Virus record (IMG/VR): IMGVR_UViG_3300032007_000002
DNA length: 64,000 bases
Reading direction: 5' to 3' (one strand)
From: a virus
Lineage: Duplodnaviria > Heunggongvirae > Uroviricota > Caudoviricetes
Part shown: positions 27,779 through 36,730 of the stretch, piece after piece
Layout of the letters: every line of letters starts with the position of its first letter
How positions within the stretch are numbered: the stretch's first letter is position 1
Position numbers and translations under genes: made by a program
Notes under the pieces: model-generated
The model's database searches: none
Told to the model about the DNA's origin: nothing
Seen by the model: the letters and a program-made list of their open reading frames with translations, nothing else

Positions 27779-28305
27779 TCTGCAAGTTCCTTGCGGGTGC
27801 TGATGTTGATGCCGAGCGTGCTCGTCTCGAAGCCTTCCTCCGCGAGTTCCACGAGCTTCGGGCAAGTGGCGACGAGGCGCAGCAGGGCGACAAGATAGCG
27901 GCCGACCAGGTTCCGGTTGGCGAACGCGCACGCGTTTTCCATGTCAACGTCGAGATGTTCCAGTTTCCACCATTCCGAAGCCGCGGCGAGGATGCCCTTG
28001 TCGAGGTCGAAGGCCTTCTCTACGCGCTCGTTCGTGTAGCCTGCCTTGTTGACGGTCTCGACCAGCGAGGGGATGCTGGCGATGCTCCGTCTCCAGATGC
28101 GCTCCTCCACTTCCTCCTGGGTCTCGGAGGCGACACGGACATGGGCGCCGCACTTGCTGCACTGCAGGATGTTTTCGAGCTGGTGGGCGGCCGCGGCCAT
28201 CGGGACGAAGATGTCCTTCTTCTTTACGATGACCGGCTGGTCCTTTTCCCCGCACACCGGGCAATCCTGGTGAGCGGGAAGCAACGAGAAATTCTTTGTA
28301 GGCAT
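27775..28305 (-). CDS. MqsA-like Zn-ribbon plus HTH protein (orphan antitoxin-like, 176 aa)
   Basis: CPVC...CSKC zinc ribbon, helical domain and C-terminal LLRLVATCPKLV like MqsA LLRVLDKHPELL; no toxin adjacent. Confidence 0.55.
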   Translation of the reverse strand: MPTKNFSLLPAHQDCPVCGEKDQPVIVKKKDIFVPMAAAAHQLENILQCSKCGAHVRVASETQEEVEERIWRRSIASIPSLVETVNKAGYTNERVEKAFDLDKGILAAASEWWKLEHLDVDMENACAFANRNLVGRYLVALLRLVATCPKLVELAEEGFETSTLGINISTRKELAE

Positions 28306-28314
28306 CGGGCTACC

Positions 28315-28887
28315 TCACTTGTTGGGTTGTCCTGCCCGGAAGTCCATGGCCCATTCGCGGTACTTTTTCCAGCTGCGGGCGGTCAGGTCCCCGTTGGCCA
28401 GGTATTCGTCCATGAAGTCCACCGGGACGACTACGGTCGTTTCCACGCTCGCCTTGGAGGGCGTATTGAAGTGCATCGTCGTGGTGAGCCTTACGAGGTC
28501 ACCGTCCACGTTGAACTCGTGCGGGACGTCGATGTAGCTTCCGCGGACCAGGGAGTTGCACCCGAACTCGTGGCCGGCCTTGCAGATCTGTTCTGTGGCG
28601 AGTTTGAGCAGGGCCTGCGCATCGTCGGACATGTCGCCGTCAATGACGCGCTTTCTGCGGGATAGGTATTCGCTTACTGTCTTGATCATCTTTCGTGTTC
28701 CGAGAATGTAGCCGGCATAGCCGGAGGCGGTTGCCGCGACGAAGAGTGCGACAATCAGCGCCAGCTTGGCCGTCGGGATTTGGGCGAGCGATCCGAAACG
28801 GATGCAGGAGGCAATGAGGCAGGTGACGCAGATGAACAGCGCCCATCTTGCGGCTGTGGCCAGTGCCTTGATGTGTCTGCGTGTCAT
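28315..28887 (-). CDS. Membrane protein (190 aa)
   Basis: Two N-terminal TM segments. Confidence 0.7.
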   Translation of the reverse strand: MTRRHIKALATAARWALFICVTCLIASCIRFGSLAQIPTAKLALIVALFVAATASGYAGYILGTRKMIKTVSEYLSRRKRVIDGDMSDDAQALLKLATEQICKAGHEFGCNSLVRGSYIDVPHEFNVDGDLVRLTTTMHFNTPSKASVETTVVVPVDFMDEYLANGDLTARSWKKYREWAMDFRAGQPNK

Positions 28888-28889
28888 GT

Positions 28890-29294
28890 TTACCTCGTTT
28901 GGGGAATTACGGAAACGAGGGAGCCGTCGGAGAGTCGGCTCCACCCATGTTTCCTGGAATGGCCGTTGAAGCCGTTCCAGTCAATCTTGTAGTTCACGGG
29001 GTTCCTGAGAATTTCACCGAGGGAGTCCAGGACGATGAAGGGGGATCTTGGACGCTGTGCCGGCGGGACCAGCAGCTTCTGCGGGGCGCCCGCAAAGGGA
29101 CTGGCATCGCCGTCGGTGTCAATCCAGAATAGGTCGTAGCCGCGATGCAGCAGCATCGCCTTGAACGTGTGGAAAGAATTGTATGCGAGCGACAAGCATG
29201 CTTGGTGGTCGGGTTTGAACGCACCACGCCTTGCCGGGGAGGTCAGGTTGCTCGTTTCGAGGATCTGGTTCCATTTGTGTTGTAGGCTATTCAT
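28890..29294 (-). CDS. Hypothetical protein (134 aa)
   Basis: GGAGG RBS; overlaps the upstream stop. Confidence 0.6.
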   Translation of the reverse strand: MNSLQHKWNQILETSNLTSPARRGAFKPDHQACLSLAYNSFHTFKAMLLHRGYDLFWIDTDGDASPFAGAPQKLLVPPAQRPRSPFIVLDSLGEILRNPVNYKIDWNGFNGHSRKHGWSRLSDGSLVSVIPQTR

Positions 29295-29593
29295 TTCAGC
29301 CACCTCCAGTCAATCTTGCCGTCCTGCTGCATGTCTTCGACGATGTTGAGGACGATGATGGGCAGTCCAAGATATACTGCGCCGTAGGCCATCGCTGCAT
29401 AGGCGAGGGTGTTTTCCCACGGGAGCGCATATTTCCACGGCTTCTCCTGGGCGAGGATTGCGATGTAGAGGAATGTGCCGGTTATGGCCATCCCAAGAAG
29501 GAGGTAGCCGACTGTACCGAAGCCGAAGATGAGGCCGATAATCACGAACAGCATGATGTAGATGCCGAGTACGATGAACGGAAGCGGTTTCAT
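29291..29593 (-). CDS. Small multi-pass membrane protein (100 aa)
   Basis: Three hydrophobic segments. Confidence 0.7.
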   Translation of the reverse strand: MKPLPFIVLGIYIMLFVIIGLIFGFGTVGYLLLGMAITGTFLYIAILAQEKPWKYALPWENTLAYAAMAYGAVYLGLPIIVLNIVEDMQQDGKIDWRWLK

Positions 29594-30291
29594 TTCTTTA
29601 CCGCCTTTGCTTTTCGCTTGGGAAGGGCGAACGCGTCGATGCTGCCGAGATACGTTGCGTCTGCGATGCCGCCCGCTGGGACCGGGAGGTAGAAGTCCGT
29701 CTTCATGAAGTCGAAGTCGTACTTCGCGGAGGTGTCCATGCTCTTGACCTGGACCTTCGACGGGATGACGTAGAACTTGTCCCCCTTGCGGACGAGCTTC
29801 ATGCTGGTCTTCTTGAGGGTGTCCTGCAGGTTCTTGATCGCGAGGGCTACCTCGTTGTGCTTGTCCGCATCAACCTTGAAGCGCTTCTCGCTGATCGGGG
29901 GGAGCTTCTTCGCGAGTGCGAACAGGACGTCCTTCACGCAGAGGGACTTGACATCGGTCGAAGTCACGCTGTACTTGCCCTTGACGCAGTCGATGCCTTC
30001 CACGGTCTCGGCGAAGATGGTCGCCTCGTCGTAGCTGAGCGTGACGGTGACTTCGCATGCGCGTCCGTCGACGACGCCTTCGAACGTCCATGCGAACTTC
30101 CTGCCGTTGTCGTTGAACGTCGAGCGCGGGCTGCTTTCGATCTTGATGCTGTGGCCGTCGCGGTCCTGGAAGGCGAGTTCCCCGTCGCGGATTGCCTGCG
30201 ATACGAGGCTCGTGTAGTGGTGCATCTGTTCCGGCTTCACCGCGCGGAGCAGTTCCAGTGTTTCTTTGAGAGTGATAGGCGCTTCTGCCAT
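29590..30291 (-). CDS. Hypothetical protein (233 aa)
   Basis: Promoter motif at 30313 and GGAGG RBS. Confidence 0.75.
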   Translation of the reverse strand: MAEAPITLKETLELLRAVKPEQMHHYTSLVSQAIRDGELAFQDRDGHSIKIESSPRSTFNDNGRKFAWTFEGVVDGRACEVTVTLSYDEATIFAETVEGIDCVKGKYSVTSTDVKSLCVKDVLFALAKKLPPISEKRFKVDADKHNEVALAIKNLQDTLKKTSMKLVRKGDKFYVIPSKVQVKSMDTSAKYDFDFMKTDFYLPVPAGGIADATYLGSIDAFALPKRKAKAVKK

Positions 30292-30335
30292 GGTTCCTCC
30301 ATTCAGTTGCTTGAAATATAGCAAAAATCGTAGAA

Positions 30336-30373
30336 GGCCCCGCCGCGAAAAGGTCAATAACCGCGGCGGGGCC
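30336..30373. terminator. GC-rich hairpin, probable terminator
   Basis: GGCCCCGCCGCG...CGCGGCGGGGCC inverted repeat between operons. Confidence 0.55.
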
Positions 30374-30393
30374 TGTTTTGGCTGGTGAAATCC

Positions 30394-30684
30394 TTACTTC
30401 TTGGTTACGGTCCGGTTTGTGGTCTTCGGAGCGGACGCGTTGATGACGCGGAGGCGGTCTTCCAGCATTTTCTGCGTCAGGAATGCGTAGAGGTCTGTTC
30501 CGTGCGGGACCGGCTGGCCGTCAACTTCGATTTCGTTGATTATTTGCTGGGTAAACTGGAACCCGGCGACATACACGATGGCATAGCCACCACTTCGGCT
30601 CACTGCAGTGAGCTCACCGGTCATGTCGGAAACTCCGCCGACGTTGAACGACTGTGCATTGATTTTAAGCGATACTAAGGGCAT
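30394..30684 (-). CDS. Hypothetical protein (96 aa)
   Basis: AGGAGG RBS. Confidence 0.65.
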   Translation of the reverse strand: MPLVSLKINAQSFNVGGVSDMTGELTAVSRSGGYAIVYVAGFQFTQQIINEIEVDGQPVPHGTDLYAFLTQKMLEDRLRVINASAPKTTNRTVTKK

Positions 30685-31349
30685 TGCTGCTCCTCCTTTG
30701 GTTGGTCTTGTTTCATATTGTCCGCGACGCGGTAAAGCGATGCGCTTTTGATGACCGCGATCGCCGATTCAGAGTGCTTGTCCGCGATGCGATAAAGCGA
30801 TGCGATGCGGATGGCCGCGAGCCCCGGCACCGAGTGCACCGCCCGGACGAGGTGCCAGGTGCGGCTGTCCATCGGGAAGCCGTGCCCGTCGCACAGGTTG
30901 GCGATACGGCATGCGGCGACGGACAGGATGGCGGTCCGTTCGAAGCGCTTCAACGCAATCTTGATTCGCTTGGCGAGCTTGGCCACATCGTAGCAGGCCG
31001 CGTCGTTGTTACCCAGCAGCATGCCAATCTGGTAGTCGGAAAGGCAGAGTATCTCCTCGCGGACAATCTGCGGGACCCGGTTTCCTTTCTGGAACACCAG
31101 GCGGGCGCGGTACAGGCGCTGCGGGATTGCGGTGAGCTTGTTGCCGCAACGGTAGAACTCCGCGAGGATGTAGCTACGCTTCGAGTTGCACGGCGGGCGG
31201 GCGCCTGTGCCGATAAATGTGTCCGGCCCGACGAGCGGTTTGATGCCCGCGCGGCTGAGCAGGTCCTCGATGTCGCGGTTGAGCATGCGGACCGAGCTCA
31301 TGTGCATGTACTTGCGTTCCTCGGCTGACGGCTTGTGACTGTGTGGCAT
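30675..31349 (-). CDS. Hypothetical protein (224 aa)
   Basis: GAGG RBS; operon packing. Confidence 0.65.
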   Translation of the reverse strand: MPHSHKPSAEERKYMHMSSVRMLNRDIEDLLSRAGIKPLVGPDTFIGTGARPPCNSKRSYILAEFYRCGNKLTAIPQRLYRARLVFQKGNRVPQIVREEILCLSDYQIGMLLGNNDAACYDVAKLAKRIKIALKRFERTAILSVAACRIANLCDGHGFPMDSRTWHLVRAVHSVPGLAAIRIASLYRIADKHSESAIAVIKSASLYRVADNMKQDQPKEEQQCP

Positions 31350-31351
31350 TG

Positions 31352-32620
31352 TTATCCTCTCTTGGACACCGATGAAAGTGTATATACGATCCTGGAATTT
31401 CCGCGTTCCTCGACCTTCTCGAACGGGATGCTTGTAGCCATCTGCACGTATGCGAGCTCGGTGAAGGACTTGACCATGTCGCCGAACTCCTTGCCCTGCG
31501 GGATGCCCATTGCCTTCACCCTCTGGGAGAGCATGGACAGGTCGGGCGGGTTCTGCGCGATGAACAGCGCACGGGGGAAGTGCTCGACATACCACACGAC
31601 CTTGGAGTTTTCCGCGTCGTTGAGGTCGAACACTGTCTTGTAGTCGCCGGAAGCGAGTTCCACCAGGTTCGTCCACATGTGGCCGCGGGTAATCACGTCG
31701 GAACCGAACAGGTTTTCGTACTTTTTCAGCCAGCGGTAGAGGGCCTTCTCCTCGCGGGTCGGCACGAACTGCATGAGGTTCTCCTCGGTGCCCGCGTAGG
31801 CGAGGACCGGGAACAGGTTTTCCCTGGTGAGCAGCTCCACCCGCTCAACCATCATCAGCACGGTGCCGTAGGAGAGCCTGTTCACGGCGAACGCCGGGAT
31901 GCGCGGGAACGCCCTGGCCTTGTTCAGGTAGTACAGGAAGTCCGGGAGGCACTCGTTGTAGTCGCGGAGCTTGAGGAACTCCCCGCGGAAGCGCTCGTTG
32001 GAGACGCTTTCCAGGGCCTTCGCGAACACCTGCATGCTCGCCATCGTGGCGAACTCGATGTCGTAGCCGAAGTTCGCGGCGAAACGGCATCCGCGGACGA
32101 TGCGGAGTGCGTCCTCGGAGAAGCGCAGGCAGGGGTCGCCCACTGCGCAGATTACCTTCTGCTGGATGTGTTCCACGCCCTTGTAGTAGTCCAGGACTTC
32201 GCCGTCCCAGGTGAGGCCCATCGCGTTGATCGTGAAGTCCCTGCGCATGGCGTCCTCGCGGAAGGTCTCCACGAGTTCCACGCTGTCCGGGTGACGGCCG
32301 TCGGAATAGGCGCCGTCCGTGCGGAAGTGCGTGACCTCGAACATGGTGTCGCCCTGCTTGACGAGGATGGTCCCGTGGGCCTCCCCGTTGTTGCTCGCCG
32401 TGTGGAAGTGTTCCTTGAGCACGGAAAGCGGCGCGGCAGTGGCGATGTCGATGTCGTGGAGGTCAATCGTGTCGGTCTGGCCGGTGACGAACCTTACGAT
32501 GTCACGGACGCAGCCGCCCGCCATGCAGGTCTCGTAGCCGAGGTCGGCGATGGCCTTGACCAGCTCGATGCCCTGCTGGAACGACTTGATTTCTGCGAGA
32601 ATACTGAGATCGATTTTCAT
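31352..32620 (-). CDS. cca: CCA-adding tRNA nucleotidyltransferase, class II NTase (422 aa)
   Basis: AGGCVRD, DIDIAT, EVTHFRTDGAYSDGRHPD loop, RRDFTINAM, EDALRIVRGCRFAA motifs. Confidence 0.88.
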   Translation of the reverse strand: MKIDLSILAEIKSFQQGIELVKAIADLGYETCMAGGCVRDIVRFVTGQTDTIDLHDIDIATAAPLSVLKEHFHTASNNGEAHGTILVKQGDTMFEVTHFRTDGAYSDGRHPDSVELVETFREDAMRRDFTINAMGLTWDGEVLDYYKGVEHIQQKVICAVGDPCLRFSEDALRIVRGCRFAANFGYDIEFATMASMQVFAKALESVSNERFRGEFLKLRDYNECLPDFLYYLNKARAFPRIPAFAVNRLSYGTVLMMVERVELLTRENLFPVLAYAGTEENLMQFVPTREEKALYRWLKKYENLFGSDVITRGHMWTNLVELASGDYKTVFDLNDAENSKVVWYVEHFPRALFIAQNPPDLSMLSQRVKAMGIPQGKEFGDMVKSFTELAYVQMATSIPFEKVEERGNSRIVYTLSSVSKRG

Positions 32621-32640
32621 GACCGAAATATAGCAAAAAG

Positions 32641-33513
32641 TTAGGCGGGGAGGAAGAACTCGTCGCGGTACGGCCAGGGTTTCTCCTCGCGGGTCGTGAC
32701 GCCGAACAGTTTCGATATTTCGTCCGGCGGGAGGTCCTTCCATCGCACCGCGTTCAGGACAATCTTGTATGGCGGTACGTCGGTGGCGATGCCGTCCTCC
32801 GTATCGGTGACATCCTCGGCCACCTTGCACAGCTCCTCGAAGCTGCTGTCGCGTTCACCGCCCTCGGAGGACATGATAATCCTGAACTTGCTCGGGTCTC
32901 CCGAGAAGAAGCACGGGAAATAACCGGCTATGAAGTTCCTGAAAGTGGCGTCCGACATGCGGGAAATGCCGTGCAGCACTACGAAGTTGAGGCTAGTACC
33001 GTGGATCGCCCCTCCGCCTTCGACTGTCCTTGCTATGTCCGTTGCGATGATGCGGCTGCCGTTCTCGAACTTCACGTAGTCGTTCTCGAACGTCGCGGGT
33101 ATGAGCCTCCGCAACCACTCGGGCAGCGCCATGTAGAGGGCATGGACGATGACGACGGTCATCTGCACGTCCTTCCTGGCGCACTTCTCGCCGGAGAACA
33201 TGCACGACGTGATGAACGGCTTGGGCTCGATGAAAGCCACCCTGACGTTGTTGTGGAACATCGCATACCAGAGCATGAGGACGCACTCGAAACCGCGCTT
33301 GCCGGAATGGTTGCACCACAGGTTGATCATCCTTCCGTGGTGCAGGAACGTCCTGGTGGCCTTCCGCTGGTAGCCCCGGTCGAACGCGAACCCTTCGATT
33401 TTCGTGTTCCCGGTGTAAACCGAGACACTCCTGAGCGCTAGGGAGAAATATTCCGGGTCCTTCGCGAACTTCGTGATTTCGGCGAGCTGGTTATTTGTGA
33501 GATTATCGGCCAT
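32641..33513 (-). CDS. Degenerate T4 gp17-like terminase ATPase-domain paralog (290 aa)
   Basis: YQR, LPEWL, ENGSRI, G.SL, KFRIIMSS match gp17 from memory. Walker A reads NHSGKR, Walker B DE is replaced by HG, and there is no nuclease domain. Confidence 0.7.
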   Translation of the reverse strand: MADNLTNNQLAEITKFAKDPEYFSLALRSVSVYTGNTKIEGFAFDRGYQRKATRTFLHHGRMINLWCNHSGKRGFECVLMLWYAMFHNNVRVAFIEPKPFITSCMFSGEKCARKDVQMTVVIVHALYMALPEWLRRLIPATFENDYVKFENGSRIIATDIARTVEGGGAIHGTSLNFVVLHGISRMSDATFRNFIAGYFPCFFSGDPSKFRIIMSSEGGERDSSFEELCKVAEDVTDTEDGIATDVPPYKIVLNAVRWKDLPPDEISKLFGVTTREEKPWPYRDEFFLPA

Positions 33514-34474
33514 CTTCCTTGTCCTCCCACATCGGGCAGTCCACCGGCGCCCACTTGATTACATCGGGGTCCTTCACGCTCCAGCGGTACTGGAACCAGC
33601 CCTTGCCTACGCGGTATTCGGCCTCCGCCCAACCCTTCGGCGTCCTGATGAGGTATGAGCCGTCCTTGGTAGGAGGGTCGGAAGCGTCGCGCCAGTAACC
33701 GGTAAGCGGCATGTCCTCGAGGAAGCTGGCCATGCCGACTTTCGGGTTCTTTTCGAGGCTTTCCTTGAACTTTTCGACCTCTTCGTCGGTAAGCGGGCGT
33801 TCCATGGTCTTTGCAATGTCGATGATGGTCCGGCGGTCCATCTCGGCGGAAATCTCCTCGGCATGCAGCTGGACGATTTCGTCCTCGAAGTCCGGGGTGC
33901 GGTCAACCCAGTCGATGCGGTAGTCGTAGGGGATTCCGCCGCACACGTTCTTCACCGGTTCGTCCGGGTCGTAGGATTCGATTTCCGCGCGTTGGAGCAT
34001 GCCCTTGACTGCGCGGACCGCGTTGGCATGCTCCGGCTTGCCGTCGAGATACGGGTGGGTGGAATAGTAATAGACATATCCGTCGCAGACACGGCTGACG
34101 AGGATGGACGCATATCCGCGGATCGGGTACTTGACCTTGTAGGAACCCGGCTGCCCGGGTATTCCGATGCGGTCGACGGCGAATATGCCCGGGACGACTT
34201 CATTGAACACAATCCTGCCCGGCTGGGGCAAGGTGTCCACCATCTTTGCCAGCGCGTCGGAAAGCGCCGGCTGCTTGAGCCATTCCGCGAGGATGTAGCC
34301 GAGGAACATCCACATGAGCGCGGCGATGGGGACAAGCCACGCGGGACCGTCCCAGAAACCGCCGGTGATGCCCATGAAGGCGACGAGATATGCGAGGGTG
34401 AGAAGAGGGCGCCTGCGGAAGAACGCGGACACCTTCCCGATCTTGTTGTCGAGGATTTTGAGGATTTTTTCCAT
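33503..34474 (-). CDS. Membrane-anchored hypothetical protein (323 aa)
   Basis: Two TM segments; C-terminal Trp-rich phage domain (DPPTKDGSYL...W). Confidence 0.7.
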   Translation of the reverse strand: MEKILKILDNKIGKVSAFFRRRPLLTLAYLVAFMGITGGFWDGPAWLVPIAALMWMFLGYILAEWLKQPALSDALAKMVDTLPQPGRIVFNEVVPGIFAVDRIGIPGQPGSYKVKYPIRGYASILVSRVCDGYVYYYSTHPYLDGKPEHANAVRAVKGMLQRAEIESYDPDEPVKNVCGGIPYDYRIDWVDRTPDFEDEIVQLHAEEISAEMDRRTIIDIAKTMERPLTDEEVEKFKESLEKNPKVGMASFLEDMPLTGYWRDASDPPTKDGSYLIRTPKGWAEAEYRVGKGWFQYRWSVKDPDVIKWAPVDCPMWEDKEDGR

Positions 34475-34475
34475 G

Positions 34476-35039
34476 TTAGCCTGCGTCGTATAAGGTGACG
34501 TCTTCGAGTGTTGCGTTCGTTTTCTTCGCCTTCGGTTCAGGGAGGGGCGGGATTACCTTGTCTACCGGGATGGTGCTCACGTAGAAGCTGAACTTCGGGC
34601 GGAAGTCACCGTCGCCGTCCGCGTAGAAGGCGACATTGCCGGAGTGGCCGGCATTGCCGAAGGACTGCATCGTCTTGAGCATTTCGATGAAGTGCGGGAG
34701 CCATCTGCGGGCCATGCGGTATGTGATGTAGCCGCTGACGTCCTTGTCGTTCTTCGGCTGGGTAGCTGCCGTCGCCAGGACAATGCGCGGGGTTTCCGGC
34801 CGATCGTTCGGCGCGGCTTCCTCGGCGGTGTCCCAGGTCTTCGGCGGCTTGCCCCTTCCGGCGATGCGTTCGTCGATTTCGTCGAGCGCGTTCTGTGCGT
34901 CGACTCGCTCGATGAGGCCGATGCCGGCCACTACGCCGGCGATAAAGGCGTCCTTCTCTGCCTGGGTGTGGGAATTGATGCGGAAATGTTCTTCCGCCAT
35001 GCTGCTTGCGATTGCCTGTCGTTCTGGATAGGTGAACAT
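34476..35039 (-). CDS. Hypothetical phage protein (187 aa)
   Basis: Operon packing; GHS..YADGDGDFRPKF motif. Confidence 0.7.
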   Translation of the reverse strand: MFTYPERQAIASSMAEEHFRINSHTQAEKDAFIAGVVAGIGLIERVDAQNALDEIDERIAGRGKPPKTWDTAEEAAPNDRPETPRIVLATAATQPKNDKDVSGYITYRMARRWLPHFIEMLKTMQSFGNAGHSGNVAFYADGDGDFRPKFSFYVSTIPVDKVIPPLPEPKAKKTNATLEDVTLYDAG

Positions 35040-35253
35040 TTATACTACTCCTTTGTAAACAGTCTTGTTTTCGTCAGCCGTGACCCGCACGAGCTTTTTC
35101 AGGCACTTCTCGCGCCAATCCGCGGAGGCCACGAGCCACTCGGCGAAACCTTTCGGCTCGGAGTGACCGAGTATGCGCTTGAACTGGCGGTTCATTGTGG
35201 CGACGCTTGCCCGCTGTTCGTCGGGCATCACTTCGATAATTGTCTGGATCATT

Positions 35254-35595
35254 TCATTCCTCGTCCGTGTCGGTGACTACCGCGTTCCGCTCCTCCGGCG
35301 ACATGGCGTCGAACGGGCTTCCCGTGGCGGTGCAATCGCTTGCGAGTGTGGCGGTGTATTTCTGCACCTTGCCGTAATACCAGCAGTCGCGGTCCTCGTT
35401 GAGCTCCTTGCAGTCGCGGTCGGCCTCTTCCCTGGTCGTGTAGTGGCGGGCCTTGCCGATGCGTTTCAGGGATTCCCCCATGAGCGGGATATACCAGTAG
35501 CCGACGAAACGGTCGGCCTTGTCGCCCTCGTAGGGCCGGTCCTTCTTGCCGTAGCAGGCGATTACGTAAAATTCGAAATTCGGCGTTTCTTTCAT
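35254..35595 (-). CDS. Hypothetical protein (113 aa)
   Basis: Downstream of promoter motif at 35612. Confidence 0.65.
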   Translation of the reverse strand: MKETPNFEFYVIACYGKKDRPYEGDKADRFVGYWYIPLMGESLKRIGKARHYTTREEADRDCKELNEDRDCWYYGKVQKYTATLASDCTATGSPFDAMSPEERNAVVTDTDEE

Positions 35596-35652
35596 ATTTT
35601 CACCTTTGTGTGAAATATAGCAAAAAACTCCGCCAAGATGGCGGAGTTTCAG

Positions 35653-35725
35653 TGGACCAGGTGGGACTTGAACCCACACTCCCCGGGTTATGAGTCCGAC
35701 GCTTTTACCATTAAGCTACCGGTCC
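35653..35725 (-). tRNA. tRNA with CAU anticodon, probably Ile2 (lysidine-modified) rather than Met; no encoded CCA
   Basis: GGACCGG/CTGGTCC acceptor stem, D-loop GG, CT-CAT-AA loop, GGTTCAAGTCC T-arm, discriminator A then CTG. C4-G69/C5-G68 are TilS-type determinants; A31:C39 mismatch. Confidence 0.88.
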
Positions 35726-35740
35726 GGCGCAAATATACAT

Positions 35741-36730
35741 TTATTTGAGGGAACTGCCAACCTCGGAAACGAAATAGCACGGGTGGCAGCTGTTCAAGTT
35801 TATACGCTCCTTCATGTATGCCTTGACGGTTTCATACGGGGCGGGCTGGTGCATGTTGACGTTCTGCTTCAGGTCCCTGATTATGTATTCGCCCGGGACT
35901 CTACCGCCGCGCGGGTAAATCGCGAACTCCGCGTTCCTGATGGCATACACGGTGTTCCCCTTTCCGTCATACAGCTCGCAGCCGGGCTGCAGGTATTTCA
36001 TCCCGAGCCAGTCGAGGTAGCCCTTGACTGCCACGGACGCCTCGTAGAGGCTGAAGAAGCTGATGCCGACGAACTTCGCCCACGTCGTGAACTCGCCGGG
36101 CAGCTTGTGCCCAGCCTTCCACGACATGTCCTGGACATAACAGTCATTGCCGCCTTTCAGGTCGTTGTACCGCTCGACATTGTAGACGGTCCGGGCGGGC
36201 GTCCTGCCGTACTGCGGGACGATCCTGATGCGTTCGCGCTCGGCACACACGCCGCGGTAATTCCTGGGACTGGTGTAGGTGCTATACTCCGTATGGGTGA
36301 TGACATGCCTGATGAGCGGGTTCTTCCCCCACACGGACAGTTCGTGGATGATTTCTTCTTCTCTATCGAAGAAGTCCTGCTTGAGCGGTGTGTCCACCCC
36401 GTCGCCGTGGTAGCAGAACTTCGTGTTGTCCCCGTGGAGTGCACGGAAAATCGCGTCGTTGAGCGTCACGCGGAAACCGTCGGTAATCCTGATCGCGGTA
36501 AACGGGTCAATCTTGTGCCTGCGCATGTTCCTGGCGCAGGTCGTGAGGAGATGCTCCAGCAGGGTGATGCTGACCGACTTGGTGCCGTCGGGTACCATGA
36601 TTGCGACGCGCTTGGCGCAGTTCAGCTCCTTGCCGTACAGCATCTGCAGCAGGTTGCCGTTCTGTGAGGATTTCGTGCCGGTAAGCTCCGGCGCCCGGGA
36701 AAGATCTACTACGGTTTCGACGGCAGCCAT
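35741..36730 (-). CDS. Hypothetical protein (329 aa)
   Basis: Long ORF in operon. Confidence 0.75.
   Translation of the reverse strand: MAAVETVVDLSRAPELTGTKSSQNGNLLQMLYGKELNCAKRVAIMVPDGTKSVSITLLEHLLTTCARNMRRHKIDPFTAIRITDGFRVTLNDAIFRALHGDNTKFCYHGDGVDTPLKQDFFDREEEIIHELSVWGKNPLIRHVITHTEYSTYTSPRNYRGVCAERERIRIVPQYGRTPARTVYNVERYNDLKGGNDCYVQDMSWKAGHKLPGEFTTWAKFVGISFFSLYEASVAVKGYLDWLGMKYLQPGCELYDGKGNTVYAIRNAEFAIYPRGGRVPGEYIIRDLKQNVNMHQPAPYETVKAYMKERINLNSCHPCYFVSEVGSSLK

Noticed and set aside
32641-33513. Functional large terminase
   Set aside because: Walker motifs broken and nuclease domain absent; reported as a degenerate paralog instead
35653-35725. Initiator tRNA-fMet
   Set aside because: G1-C72 is paired and the three consecutive G-C pairs of the initiator anticodon stem are absent
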